The position numbers were made by a program, and so were the translations under genes. The notes beneath the pieces were generated by a model. That model was given only the letters and a program-made list of their open reading frames with translations. It searched no databases and had not been told where the DNA came from. This document shows positions 1-15,150 of a stretch of DNA of 64,000 nucleotides, piece after piece. Origin of the DNA: Octopus sinensis (taxonomy: Eukaryota). Numbering within the stretch: position 1 is the first letter of the stretch; every line of letters starts with the position of its first letter. The stretch covers positions 138,818,001-138,882,000 of the forward strand of contig NC_042999.1 in assembly GCF_006345805.1 (NCBI RefSeq), read 5' to 3'.

Positions 1-46
1 TTCCACCTGCCTTCGTCTTTTGTCTATTTTCATAAAGCTTCCCGTT

Positions 47-345
<299 letters not shown>

Positions 346-2808
346 GTTAGAGGAGATCCTATAAAAGACCAAGGCATATCAAAGTGAAGCACGCCACAAT
401 TATTGGCAAGACAGAATGACGCAAATCAGACATTAAGTAATCCATTATCATAGCATGGAATAGATCAATGATGCGTTCACTGCTGTTTGGTAATACGTTA
501 TTCCAATAGTAATTAAAAATATCCAAATATGAATGGCGTAAAAACATAATAAAACAAACGAATGGGTTATCTGGTATTGCAACACATGTTTCATTAAGAG
601 TATTTATATTAATGTAAGCATAGTACATTTAGGTATGCTGTATGCAAAACATCTATAAGATTATGTAATACGTTACACAACTGTAAACACATCAGGCTTA
701 ACAAATATACAAGCTAGCTGTGATATGTTGATTAATCAACAGGTTATCAACAACTAAAATTTCTAATCGGAATTACCAATATTCAAGAAATGTAAAGTGG
801 ATGGGATTATAATCTGTCAGTCATAAGGGTAGTCAGCAGAGTGAGGTTGTAAATTAGTGGAGGCATTTCTGTTCTAAAGATGCCACTAAGCGACTTCGCT
901 CATAAAGGCTGGTACTGGCAAAACAGGCTTGTATACTAGTAGAGAGAAGGCATTAAGCATAACATATGACCATATCAAAACATATTTGATGACAGTTGCC
1001 GTCGTTAAAAAAAAAAATACATAACATGAACTGCGTTACTTTGTTCAGTACATTAAAGGAGCAACATACAATACAAATTCCTTAGTTACTATAATTTATT
1101 AGTTCTTTTGCATATTCTTAGTTTATGCATGTGTATGCAAATATAGTATTGGTATATCCCATTTATATTTCGTTTTTGGATTTGGTTTGCAAGATTCTTT
1201 ATATGAGTTCGTGTGTTGAAGACTATTGAAAAGGTTGCAAGACGCAACGAAAATTTTAGGAAAATAAAAATAAGTGGAAATTTTACCGGTGAGTGTGTTA
1301 CATTATAAGGCACAAAAAGAAAATTACTCTCTCCGGACACAACATAATATGACTCTCCTCAGACACAACAGAATATCCCATTTATGTTCATTAGAAATTA
1401 AATAAATAAAGAATTTTGACATGTACGAATATACATTTCCCCCCACAGTTGTTAATAAATTCCAGCTACTTATTTATTTACTTAACTCCTTTTGATTAAA
1501 ATGCCCGATTATCATTTTAGAACTAACAGAATACTAAGGGAGATTCTGCTAATTATAATTCGGGGAAATTAACTGAAGGAAAATCGCAGAGAATAGCGAA
1601 GGCCTCTGCGAAATTTCAGGGGAGCAGGAGGGAGAAGAAGAAGCTGCAGGAAAAAGAAAAGAAAATAATTAATATATAGAGTTAGCCATAATCGCTGTTG
1701 AAGTAATAATAACCTATAAATAATTAAATAAACACAGCATAGGATGAATCTAAAAAAAGAAGGTGGTCAACTCATTGACTGGGAAGATGGTACTGGTATA
1801 AACAAATAAATGTCGAAATTTAGGGAGATCAGTTACATAGCTGTAATATAAACAAGAGTTGAAAGGCCAGAAATAATGGAGAAGGAAAACAGAACCGATA
1901 TTCCCAATAACTATATATTTTTATTAATATTTAGTAAAAGCAACAGAGTGACTGAAGGGTCGAGTGTTATACGCTTTGGCACTCGTGAGTACATGTGTGA
2001 GTGTGTGTGTGTGTGTGTGTGTATGCGTGAGTGGTGATGTGCTTGTCTGACAGTTGCGTGTATGGATTCATGCATGCGTGTGTGTGTTTAGAGAAGTGTA
2101 TCTAGTGGCTACTTAAATTACGAAATGAATGTTTAAACATTGCTATAACATACATTTGCATTTGCCATTAATATATACATGCTTGTGCATATACCCACAA
2201 CACTTGCATTCCAGGAAGAGCTCAAAGACACTAAGAGAAGTTGGAAAGATATTAGAAGTACTGCTTCTATATATATATGGTGTTGTATATGTATGTAGGA
2301 ATATGTGAGTTTCACAGTGCTTACTCTAGTTTCATGTCAACATTTATTGAATAAAACCTATGTCTTTGAGTTCCCCGAGAGATTCATTCACCGAGTTGTC
2401 GTGAAACTTAAGCAACATTATGTATTTCGCAAGTACTGTATAAAGACATATTTAAATCAGCTATAAGTATCAAGTAGCGCCTACTCGACGCATGTATACC
2501 CAGCCACAAAGAACACACCCACACATACACGCATGCATATACATTTTGTTACATTTTTCATCATATATATATATATAATAATAATATTAGGGAGTATAAC
2601 TCCAAACTTTCAGGGAAAAAATTCAATTTAGTATTAAATCAAATTTCACAGTATGAATATATAAAATATAAATTAGAGATAAAACCACTATTATGCAACT
2701 AGTTTTAAGTTATATGTTTTATAAAAATATATATTATTTGTTTTTTATGTATTGGTTTATGTATATCATTGAGTTGCATAGCAGTGGTTTTATCTCTAAT
2801 TTATATTT

Positions 2809-2913
<105 letters not shown>

Positions 2914-3299
2914 TGTGCGTGTGCATTTCTTCAGTTGAGCTGTATATATCCAAAGATCGACCATTTATAGTTTTTTTATGCTACAAATTTCAAGTTTCTT
3001 TAATATAATCTTTCAGTTAAACGGCCAGTTTAATAGTAAAAACTGAATAGTAAAATCTCAACAATACAATAACTATATTTTTCATTATGCACGTACGTAT
3101 CCTCATGCATGCATTGGCACGTATAGGCATCTATAGTTTACACAGATCTGGGGGAGGATGATAATCAATGTCACAGAGGGTCCTTCTCTGGAAGATATAG
3201 AGTAATTCTGGTGAAGAATCTGGGATCAGACAAAGAATAATAGATATTGTTTCTGTTAAACCAAACCATTAAGTTTCTCATTAAAAATCACCAGGATAG

Positions 3300-4400
3300 G
3301 AAATGGACTTGATTGTCAGATACTAGTACAAAGAAAAAAAAAAAATTATCGATCTTTACCTTTTTGACCTTTACCAATAAACTTTCAGAGGCAGCATAAA
3401 CATACAAAGCCGGTTGGCGCTCGCAGAATCAAAACCGATACCCAAAACCAATGTTATTCATTTGGCGAAAAACTTTTGGCCAATTGCGTGTCAAGATTTC
3501 ATGTGTAAAATATATTACAGCCTGTCTGGCTTATTTTTCCAAGATTACTGCACTAGCCATAATATCATCCAAACTGAACAAGCAACTGGAAGAAAGGAGT
3601 TTGGGGATGTGCCAAATAACTCTTGATAAGTAAAACTGTGATGTGAGAGGTGCAGTAGCATAGGAGTAACTGGGTCACAGTCTGGTTGGTTTAGAAGAAT
3701 ATATTCGATTCTGTTATCCACTCGTAGATGCTAAAGTACCTTTCATTTCTAAACTTCCAGAAACCATTAAGGTTATAGACCATCTGATTATCTATAGACA
3801 AACCATTCTGGAGTTAAATACTGGAAGTGATTCAACTATTACTGCGAGGATAAAGGACGCAGAGGTAAGTTTCAAGGGAACAGTATCTCGGTAATGTTAT
3901 TTAAGCCTTCAGTAACTCCCTCTGTCTTTTTGTTAATGAAAGCTAAAAGAAATGCACTTGGACCACAAAAAGACAAAAACACTAAACTAACACATTGCTT
4001 CTTTGTGGATGATCTGAAAATAGTTTGGCAAGGACAGATGTTCTCAGATAGTGTAAAACCAGTGAAAACTACAAACCCATTTAATAACATTACTATCAGT
4101 AGCTCTGACATCGGAATGGGAAATGATACAGGTAATTAGGGATGAAAATATTTCGCATGATGGAACCTGTAACAAGGAAATGAAACTAGGGAATATAACG
4201 CCAAAATTAAGAAAATATGGTCTTCAGAACACTCCACATACAATAAACCAGTAACCCACAATTTTTTTGTTGTACCTGTGCTCATTTTAACATTTGAGGT
4301 AATCGACTGGATCCGGGTTACTAATGTTAAAAACAAAAAATTGCTAACCTACACCAAGTAGTTTCATGTCAACAGTGATGTAGAACGCCACTATTTAAAA
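3300..4400 (+). mobile_element. Decayed R4/Dong-like (RLE-class) RT fragment
   Basis: IIQTEQA, SVTPSVFLL and THCFFVDDLK (the LFVDDLK variant of RT motif 5), with many stops and frameshifts. Boundaries are approximate. Confidence 0.65.
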
Positions 4401-4813
4401 CGAAAACAAGGCGACAAAGACTTAATATCGATCCAAACAACCTTTTGATCTCACATTATATCCCTTCGACATCTACAAGCCATCAAATGTCGAAGTTATG
4501 CCATAGGGCAAGTTTGAATACGTGTGGTCTATAACATCATGAGGGTTTGAAAGAGCTCCCCAGAGAGTGTTCCTTGACTGATGACTAAAATATATATAGC
4601 CAGAAAATATGCATATATATGTCAACAAAAAGCCATGCATGGCTATATTCCTAGGTTTCAACTCAGACAAACAGAGTAGCTTATTCTGGACTAGATTCGG
4701 ATCATTTTCCATTGGCGAGAAATTCGAAAAATAAAACTTGGAAAACAAGCAAGCAAACACACACATACACACACGCACGCACGCACGGATGCACACATGC
4801 GCACATGCACACA

Positions 4814-4870
<57 letters not shown>

Positions 4871-5380
4871 TCGCACACACACGCACACGGTGTAATCGAT
4901 GACGCGGTCGTCCGATTGTTATGGTTGTAGTTCAATACGTGAAAACATCTTATCCCATTTATATTATGAACTGATTCCGTATTTCTTGGGATTAGTGCTT
5001 GTCATGAGTATCGAATTCAAATGTGAAACTTATTTATGCAAGACAGTAGTAGAATGATTTATACACTGGGGTTAATTGATTTCAATAATTATGCGACAAT
5101 GTGTGATAAGGTGAAATTGTTAGTTTATCAGTGAAACTTTTATACAGTCCCATTTCAAAGAAACAGGCAGCAATCTGAGAAGGAATCGGTTTTATGGGCA
5201 CTTCTCTTATTCTGTACAACATTAGTGCTTTTGAAATGTATATTTACAACTAAATCTTAACTTTTACTCTGTGTGTGTGTGGTATATGAAGGCCAACCCA
5301 GTGGCTTGCTAATCTGGAGTTTCTAAGTCATGCCGGCCGAAACTACTGCACTCAATGTTTTTATTGGGAGCTACTTCCTC

Positions 5381-5422
<42 letters not shown>

Positions 5423-5556
5423 CACACACACCACACACGCACGCACGCACGCACGCACGCACGCACACACAGATAAGCACATAAAACCGTTAACATGAAT
5501 GTATATGTATGTCTTATTGCCTGTCTGTATGTAATGAATCTATGTATATCAGTATG

Positions 5557-5589
<33 letters not shown>

Positions 5590-5942
5590 CTTCATTGAAG
5601 GCAAACTCTGGGTACAATTAAATACACTTTAAAGTAGCAGGTGTCTCATATTATAGCCTTGCTTTCAACCGAAATTGAATGGATTGTACCTGTACTTAAG
5701 GGTTCAAGTGTATATGAAAGGTTCAGCCACATATACTCTATCACAAGATTAACTGTACCTTCAATACAAAAGGTCAGAGTGTCACGCTGAATTTACCCGA
5801 GTTATATTAAACTATATAAGTGTCAGTGGATTACTCTGCCAGCAGATAATTCTGTCGATTGAACAACTGGAAAAGATAGTGTCAAAATGAATGCGAGAGT
5901 TATAATGTGCTCATGATTAGCGTGAATGCATATATATATATA

Positions 5943-6310
5943 CTAGCAGTATCGCCCGGCGTTGCTCAGGTTTGTAAGGGAAATAACTATAAAGCATTTT
6001 TAGAGAGTTATAGCCAAAAAATATCAAAAAAATGGCAAAAAATGATGGTAAATTTTTTTTGAGAGTAAAAAAAGGTGGAGTTGCGTCCCCTTGACAGTTT
6101 GCGGTTTGTGTTTCTGATTCTCGACCCCCATGTCGAATTTATCGATTTTTTTCAGAACTGGGGGAACTTTTCAAAATTTTCGGTGCGTTAGTTTTGAATT
6201 ATGACATTGGGCTATGTGTGTGTCAAGTTTCATCAGAATCGGTTGAAAGCCGTGGTCAGGGTGAGGGTACAAGCAAACAGACACACAGAAACACGCACAG
6301 ACAAACTGCC

Positions 6311-6312
<2 letters not shown>
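5943..6312 (-). mobile_element. Non-autonomous Helitron-like element
   Basis: Minus strand ends CCTGAGCAACGCCGGGCGATACTG-CTAG|T, i.e. a GC-rich subterminal hairpin plus CTAG. The opposite end has AAGTTTCATCAGAATCGG...ACAGAC running into (AT)n, as in Lep1-like elements. Confidence 0.65.
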
Positions 6313-6403
<91 letters not shown>

Positions 6404-6414
6404 CACATATACAT

Positions 6415-6447
<33 letters not shown>

Positions 6448-6467
6448 TAATATATATATATATATAT

Positions 6468-6499
<32 letters not shown>

Positions 6500-6519
6500 T
6501 ATACATACATACATACATC

Positions 6520-6567
<48 letters not shown>

Positions 6568-6677
6568 TAAGTAATTAAGGGTTTAGCAACGAATTGCCTC
6601 ACCAACACACCGAATTTAGAAATAGCAGTCAAAGAGATATAGCTATTCCAATCAAAGAGATATAGCTATTTAGACAC

Positions 6678-7088
6678 TTTACTCTTTTACTTGTTTCAGT
6701 CATTTGACTGTGGCCATGCTGGACCACCACCTTCAGTCGAGCAAATCGACCCCAGGACTTATTCTTTGTAAGCCTAGTACTTATTCTATCGGTCTCTTTT
6801 GCCGCACCGCTAAGGTACGGAGACGTAAACATACCAACATCGGTTGTCAAGCGATGTTGGGGGGACAAACACAGAGACACAAACATATATACACACACAT
6901 ACATATATACATATATACATATATATGACGGGCTTCTTTCAGTTTCTGTCTACCAAATCCACTCACAAGGTATTGGTCGGCCCGAGGCTATAGTAGAAGA
7001 CACTTGCCCAAGGTGCCACGCATCGGGACTGAACCCGGAACCATGTGGTTCGTAAGCAAGCTACTTATCACACACCCACTCTTACGCC
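6678..7088 (-). mobile_element. tRNA-derived SINE, family A, with internal AC/AT microsatellite
   Basis: Minus-strand head has A-box-like and B-box-like (GGGTTCAGTCCC) motifs followed by ACCTTGGGCAAGT. A near-identical copy lies at 36017-36485. The tail matches the 3' end of the CR1-group LINE. Confidence 0.85.
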
Positions 7089-7102
7089 TATATATATATA
7101 TA

Positions 7103-7164
<62 letters not shown>

Positions 7165-7483
7165 CTATTCGCCAACGTTAGGTGGCAGTCCTGCATAGGG
7201 CCATGTTACTATCTTTTAACCCCAGGAAAGCATCTTTTCGAACTGGTTATCGACACACGATCTGTGTCTGAAATATACTGTACCGTGAGCAAAAAGCGTA
7301 CTACTGCCTCCTACCCACAAGCAGTACCAACAGACCAATGGTTTCTGAGTAATTTCCTGTCCTCGGTGCTGGACAACCGCCGGCTAGAGACAGTAGCTTA
7401 CTCGGCCCTACTCACAGTACATAAATATAGAAGTGACAGACAGTCACTGATCTCGTATCCATCCATCCACCCATCAATCCATC

Positions 7484-7935
<452 letters not shown>

Positions 7936-8753
7936 TATGTATTTGTATGCATGTGCGTGTGAATGTATTTCATAATAATGGTCTGCGATTAGGGCATTAG
8001 TCCTACAATCAGAGGTCTGTGGGTCCGATTACTTGAACAAGGCATTTTTATTTCTTTACTAATCACCCCCTCCAGCTACCACATCTTGGATGTTCTGCTG
8101 GCTCAAGAGTGAGAAGACTGACACGGTTTCAACACCTGCTCGCGACTACATAGGCGTTTGAAACAATAAGTGAAAGCTTGGCACATGCTGTCCTATCATC
8201 GTCATTTGCGAGTGATAACTATCTGTTTCTTGAGAGTCCGTATATGCTTGTATGTGTGTGTGTATGTATGTATGTATGTATGTATGTATGTATGTATGTA
8301 TGTATGTATGTGTGTATGTGTGTAAGTATGTATACGTGCATGAGGGTTTTGTGTATTTGTGTCTGCGCGCGTGGGCGGACTCTGTTTTATTACCTTATTA
8401 TTAATAATTGAAAAAAAAAAAAAAAACTGCATTAATACTGACTGAGAATTTCTGCGAATCCCTCAACTTGCTAGAAACGTCAGCCAATCTCATTCAAATC
8501 TTACACAACTGTCTAAGAAGTGGACCGACGTAAGTTGAGGTATGCCTGTATTAGGTAATGTTCTTCTACATGCACTATGTCTGAGAAAAAGACGGGATGG
8601 TTACGACTGGAGCGTTTATATCATTCATGTCTGGCTAATTAAGAATTTACCTGGATTACACAATCGCTTGATCTAAAGAAATAGCAGCCACATATTTTAA
8701 TCATACTCTGTTGTTATAACTCCCCCCAAAAAATCTCATTAACTTTAAATACT

Positions 8754-9326
8754 TATTTCTTTACTACCCACAAGGGGCTAAACACAGAGAGGGCAAACAA
8801 GGACAGACAAACGGATTAAGTCGATTACAGCGACCCAGTGCGTAACTGGTACTTAATTTATCGACCCCGAAAGGAGGAAAGGCAAAGTCGATCTCGGCGG
8901 AATTTGAACTCAGAACGTAACGGCAGACGAAATACCTATTTCTTTATTACCCACAAGGGGCTAAACACAGAGGGGACAAACAAGGACAGACAAACGGATT
9001 AAGTCGATTACATCGACTCCAGTGCGTAACTGGTACTTAATTTATCGACCCCGAAAGAAGGAAAGGCAAAGTCGACTTCGGCGGAATTTGAACTCAGAAC
9101 GTAACGGCAGCAAAATACCTATTTCTTTATTACCCACAAGGGGCTAAACATAGAGGGGACAAACAAGGACAGACATAGGTATTAAGTCGATTACATCGAC
9201 CCCAGTGCGTAACTGGTACTTAATTTATCGACCCCGAAAGGATGAAAGGCAAAGTCAACCTCGGCGGAATTTGAACTCACAACGTAACGGCAGCAAAATA
9301 CCGTTAAGCATTTCGCCCGACACGCC
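8754..9326 (-). mobile_element. SINE family B trimer: three 183-bp body units and one truncated head
   Basis: Units at ~8754-8935, 8936-9118 and 9119-9301. Flanked by AACTTTAAATACT (8741-8753) and AACTTTAAAAACT (9327-9339), a TSD-like pair with 1 mismatch. Confidence 0.9.
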
Positions 9327-9619
9327 AACTTTAAAAACTGTAGTCTGAGGTACACTAGCATCGGGTGGGGAGACTGGATAGTCACTGCCTGAAATCATTG
9401 ATCCTGGGTCTGGTCAACCAGAGTTGATGGGTACACAGCAACTATAACTAATACTAGTTAACTGAAAATAAATATTTTGGTGGCACATGTTGTAGAATGG
9501 TTGGAATCTTATCCGCGTTTTAGGTGGAATTTATCAAAAATGTATCCAAAATAAAGTATATACATCGGTGAATGATACCCACCCAGATTTATTTCAAAAT
9601 CTCAGTTGTGAGACAGCGA

Positions 9620-9660
<41 letters not shown>

Positions 9661-9814
9661 TGTGTGTGTGTGGTGTGTGTGTGTGTGTGTGTGCGTGCGT
9701 GAGCGAGTTCTTATATTTGATGTGTGTATGTCTCCATGTGAGTGAGTAAACTTAAGTGTATCAGTGTTTATGTGTGTATTTGCAAGTGCGTTTGCTAGTA
9801 TACGCATGTATTAT

Positions 9815-9856
<42 letters not shown>

Positions 9857-10045
9857 TGTCTTGATAAATGACGAGATGCCGGAGCAGATTTCCGTCCCGA
9901 CATCCGAAACTCGGAGTTTTATTTTGGCAACCGAATAATTGTCACAATATATTACAGATAAATTCCTCTATTTACATAATATCGAGGTCTCATTCATTCT
10001 TCTATTGTTATACCATTACTATTAACATATACATACATACATACA

Positions 10046-10131
<86 letters not shown>

Positions 10132-10801
10132 CCTATATATATATGCACGTATGTATGTATGTGTCCGCTAATGTGTATACCGGCTAGAATTTGAACTCCC
10201 ACCACCTCAATGGTATATGCAGGTTTGCATACGTAGCTTTTAGCGTGTATAAGCGTATGTAATATACGATATATGTGTGATGGTTAAAACATTTCGTAGT
10301 TTGTGTGTGTGTGTGTGTATTCAAACCTAACAAAATTTGCTATGGTTAACAAACCCTTCAGAAATAGTAGCAACAAACTGACGAGGCAATCATTACTTGG
10401 TCGCTCGACAGGCTAGAAACAACAGCGTAATCGCGTCATATCACAGATTAAAAAGTAGAAGGAAGCATTGGATAATGTAATATAGATCTAAAAAAAGGTG
10501 GGACGGTCGCAGCTGCAATACTTTTGATCACAGTTCTGCCCGATTAACGCTGACCTAAGGTTAAATAACTAATCAACATAGTAAATGAAACCGGGTCGAT
10601 TTGATGTAACATAAATAGCTGTATACTCACCACCATCATCCTAGGATACATGGTTTGTCAGTTAAAGCAACGATCCGGGTACACTGCTTACACCCCGATG
10701 TCTTCTGAAAAGTTTGCACTTTTTTTTCCCTCTACCCACCCTTCCTCTGTTTCTCTTCTCTCATTTATCTGCCGCTGCCGTTGTCACTACTACTACTACT
10801 G

Positions 10802-10853
<52 letters not shown>

Positions 10854-10875
10854 CACCACCACCACCACCACCACC

Positions 10876-10939
<64 letters not shown>

Positions 10940-13034
10940 CACTACTACTACTACTCTGTTGTTAATATTGTTGTTGTTATTGCTATCTGTAATGACTGCT
11001 GCTACGCTGTTGCGGATGCCGATGTTGTTGTCGCTACTGTTGCTAATACCGCTTCTTCTGATGTTTATTATTGATAAAAGTTATTGGCAAGTTTAGTTCT
11101 TTTACAATGCTACTGTAGGACCAAGAACGAAAACGCCTCTTTTGTGATAGCTTTTCTCCCTCAAACCCAAACTATACCGTCTTAAATGAAGAAGGATACA
11201 TTATTATCCAGCGTAGACTGTGATACACAAGGCATAATCCCAAGTGGAACGTTTTTGATAATTGGGTTTGCTCGCGCAAAATCGACGTAAGGGTCAATAA
11301 CAGCTTTAACAACTTATAAGAGCAATCATTACTCTTAGTAGGCCGGGAAATCGGAGATTTATAGCTATTCTCCAATTGAAACACGAGGAACCGCTATGCA
11401 TTCACTCGAACTACTAAAAATAGCAGTCAAATTCCCAGTGAGTTGATTTTAAACTCCCCCAGAAATTGTCGTTACTTTTTACTTTTTAGATACAGTTGTT
11501 AGCAAAATTTCTAGTAACATATCGAGTCAAATTTGCGGACTTGTTTCAAAGCGAAAAATTACCAATTATTCTTATAGGTAGGAAGTGGAGTGGCTGAAAC
11601 AATACAACACCAGGTTAAATGCCATACATGATTAATTCTCGCCTCTATGAATTCGAATTTCACTGGTGTTGATTTTGGCTTTAAATCAAAAGAAATGTGT
11701 GTGTGTGTGTGTGGTATGGTTAAAGTACACAAAGATTAGGTTGCACTGTTACACTGGGCGAAAGATTAATTTTCCAACTCAGGAACAGGGACGGCCCCAA
11801 TCTACTGAGTTCAACAGTTTTCTGCCAAATTTCATTTATAAAGCTTTAACCGATCCGAAACTATGACAGAAGACTCTTGCCGCACAGTAGTATCGAACGC
11901 GATCTACATATGTTGCGAAACAAATTTCTTCACCACGCAACTGTACTTGTGATTTGAGGTGAGACTTAGTTATTGATATTGTTTCTTTTGTACTCTACCA
12001 AATTCATATCTTTACTTTCACTGCAGTTAAAGGCAAACTACTCTGAAATTAGAATTTACTGTTAAGTTAGGAAGACTGTTTTCTTTTATTTCAAAAGACA
12101 GCGTTATTCTTATTCTTAGCATTTTTACTTTCAATTCTAGCCTCACTTCTATGTCCACTTCACCATCTCAACATTCTTGTAATCTTTCTACATTATTTAC
12201 ACGGTGTCAAATGGAATGATTTAACTTCTATAGAAGGAACTAATTCCATAAGCGATATGGAAGCGCTAAGCTCTCAGCATATTGAAATATTCAAATACTT
12301 TCTATTAATATAAGTCTGCTACAAATAGCGAAAATCCAAATCAGTGTAGTTGTCTCCCTTACAGATTGTGAAGAATTCAATCGCATTTTCTTCGCATATT
12401 CCTATCATCTCAATACAAATTCAGTGATTCGTACTCAAATTGCTCCATATCAACCAACAATGATGTAGCTGGAAGGGGAACAAGGGAATGACTGCTCTTT
12501 CTGGGTTTTTCAAAAGTGGCAGTTTTAAAAAAATAAAGCAAAGCAAAAATTACAAGAACAAAAACTTATATTTCCTTGGCGGTGGATTTCGAATAATTCA
12601 TTATTTTATATCGCTTTCTAAAATTTTAATTTATGACATTCAAAGAACTTTCTGGACTCATTGCTTTATTCAACTGACTGTCCAGTATTTTGATTTGGAC
12701 AGTGTGTTCAGTTTTCTGTAGTGGCCACTGGCATCTGGGAAACCCAAACAAATTGTGACGTCATAACCTCTCTGACGCTTGACAATCTCGTGGAGTTACC
12801 TCTTTTTCATATAAAAAATCAGAACCTCTGTTGCATACACAAAGATAGTACAACTAAAATGCAAAATTAATAAAAGTAGTATACAATAATGATAATTGGG
12901 CACTGCACACATCCTACGCAAAACACTTTCAATGCAGTAACCACAAGAGCATCACAACAAACCACAGCACATACCTAAGGCACACAGATCTGCGCTCGGT
13001 AGTGAAGTGAAAGCAGGATATAAAAATAAAACTA

Positions 13035-13090
<56 letters not shown>

Positions 13091-13091
<1 letters not shown>

Positions 13092-13610
13092 TTATGCTTT
13101 TATTAGCCACAAGGGCTCACATACAAAAACATTAAATGATATACAACAACATAAAAGACAAAAACAGGACCATGCAATGGGTTTTCCACGTGTACACAAT
13201 ATAATAATAAAAGTTGAACAAATTAAAGCTCCCAATTGGGGAGGCGCTTTAAGCTCCTCCTGGATGAATCTTCCCTTTTTACAGGTGCACGCTCAGAATT
13301 GGTTCTTTCACACTGGCCATTCTTCCAACATTCACCCACCTTTCAACAAACTTGCTAGAAGGCAACACTTCCCTCTCCACCCTCAACTTCCTTTTGAAAG
13401 GGCTAAAGATAGACACTTTCATCTTTAGCCAAGCCCGCGTCAACTTTTTCACGCTACAACCACTAGACAAATAGAAATTGTCTGCCCCTCCCGGCCAAAA
13501 GAAGGCAGCGTAGCAATCTTCACAATGGATTCAGCTGATAGCCGGATCCGTCCTGCACGCGACAGGTGTTCGACATAAACCCACAGGGGACATAGGTGTC
13601 CACAATTTTA
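13091..13610 (-). mobile_element. 3' fragment of an L1/Tx1-like LINE
   Basis: Degenerate C-terminus ...FKRKLRVEREVLPSSKFVERWVNVGRMASVKEPILSVHL*, then a 3' UTR ending GAGCCCTTGTGGCTAATAAAAGCATAA against an (ATT)n array. Clade is assigned from recalled similarity only. Confidence 0.6.
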
Positions 13611-13761
13611 CAATAATAATCTTGTCTACTCTAGGCACAAGGCCCGAAATTTTGGTAGAGTGGGCCAGTCGATTAGATCGACCCCAGTACGAAACTGGTA
13701 CTTAATTTATCGACCCCGAAAGGATGAAAGGCAAAGTCGACCTCGGCGGAATTTGAACTCA

Positions 13762-14330
13762 GTTGCCAGTGAGTAATCCATTGCTGTATTGTGTGCAGAT
13801 TTGATTGCAGGATAGATCTATATCATACAAAGTCTGTTCTTTACATCACAATGTTCGGCTTGATGTCATCTGCGTATATCAACACTGCAACATTCTTCAA
13901 GTTGTCATCTATGTCATTAATATATGCAACAAACAACAGGGGTCCAGGAAAGGATCTTTGTGGTGAAGAATACTGTCCAAGAAACGTGACTACCTCTTTT
14001 CGACCGAGCATGGAGGACTTAACCAGTTACGAAGATTATCTTTCACACCCATTTCAGAGAGTTTTGCCACAAGTCATTTGTATGGCACAGAATTGAAGGC
14101 TTTAGCAAAATCAAGGTAATGAACCATAAGGCGTCATTAGTGATTCGTGTGATGACTTCAAAAACCTCGATGAGTTGGCCACAGCTGCTGGTCGAATAAG
14201 GCTGTGACGGTTGAATAATAAGGCTGTGAGAGTTCCGGAAGTTCCAGAGTGTTTGTCTGATGCAAGACTCTATTAGTTTGGTGATGCAGTTAGAAACACT
14301 GACTGGACGGTAGTTAGCCTAATATAAAAG
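13762..14330 (-). mobile_element. Decayed CR1/L2-group RT fragment
   Basis: Minus strand gives PQRSFPGPLLFVAYINDIDDNLKNVAVLIYADDIK and a degenerate LDFAKAF motif upstream. Confidence 0.8.
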
Positions 14331-14901
14331 AAATGAGCGTGGAATTTACATAACTCATTTGTTGATGACTGAAAGTCAAGGACGAAAACTAAGGATTATT
14401 CCCCGAAGTCCCAATCGTTTTAATATATTTTTGACAGGTCTGTTATGACATAGATAAACATATAATTGCTTCAGGAACTTGCTGCAATACAACCAATTGC
14501 TGTTTAGAATTTTCGATCCTTTTGATGTATGATGCTGTCCATCATCTGTTGCAAAAGCAAGTTTAATTTACATTTTCGTTTTATCGTGAAGGTGTTATAT
14601 AATACCTACTGTTAAGATTGTTTAAAAAATTATCATAGTTATTTTTATAAGGAATGACATGGGCACACACGCGCGCCTACACACACATACATGCGCGCGC
14701 ATATGTATACACGCACAATACATCACAGGGCAACATTTAGATATACAATTTGGATAACGTTGAATATCCCCAGAGAACAGTTGAGGGCTAGTATTTCCAT
14801 ATCAGTCTTATTAACGTGATAAAATAAACGGTAGGGCTCGTAGAATTAAGTTCTTTGCCGAGAGTTACATAATAGATAGATAGTTAAACAGACAGACAGA
14901 C

Positions 14902-14955
<54 letters not shown>

Positions 14956-15101
14956 ACAGACAGATAGATAGATAAATAGATAGATTGAGAGGAAATAAAT
15001 ATATATATGATACGTAGGTAGGTAGGTAGTTAGAAAGATAGATAGATAGACAGCCAGCCAGCCAGCCAGATAGATAAATAGACAGACAGACAGATAGATA
15101 A

Positions 15102-15150
<49 letters not shown>

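Noticed and set aside
8754-9326. Regular 183-bp repeats considered as a CRISPR-like array or multiple tRNA genes
   Set aside because: There are no unique spacers and no complete cloverleaf; the units are SINE bodies.
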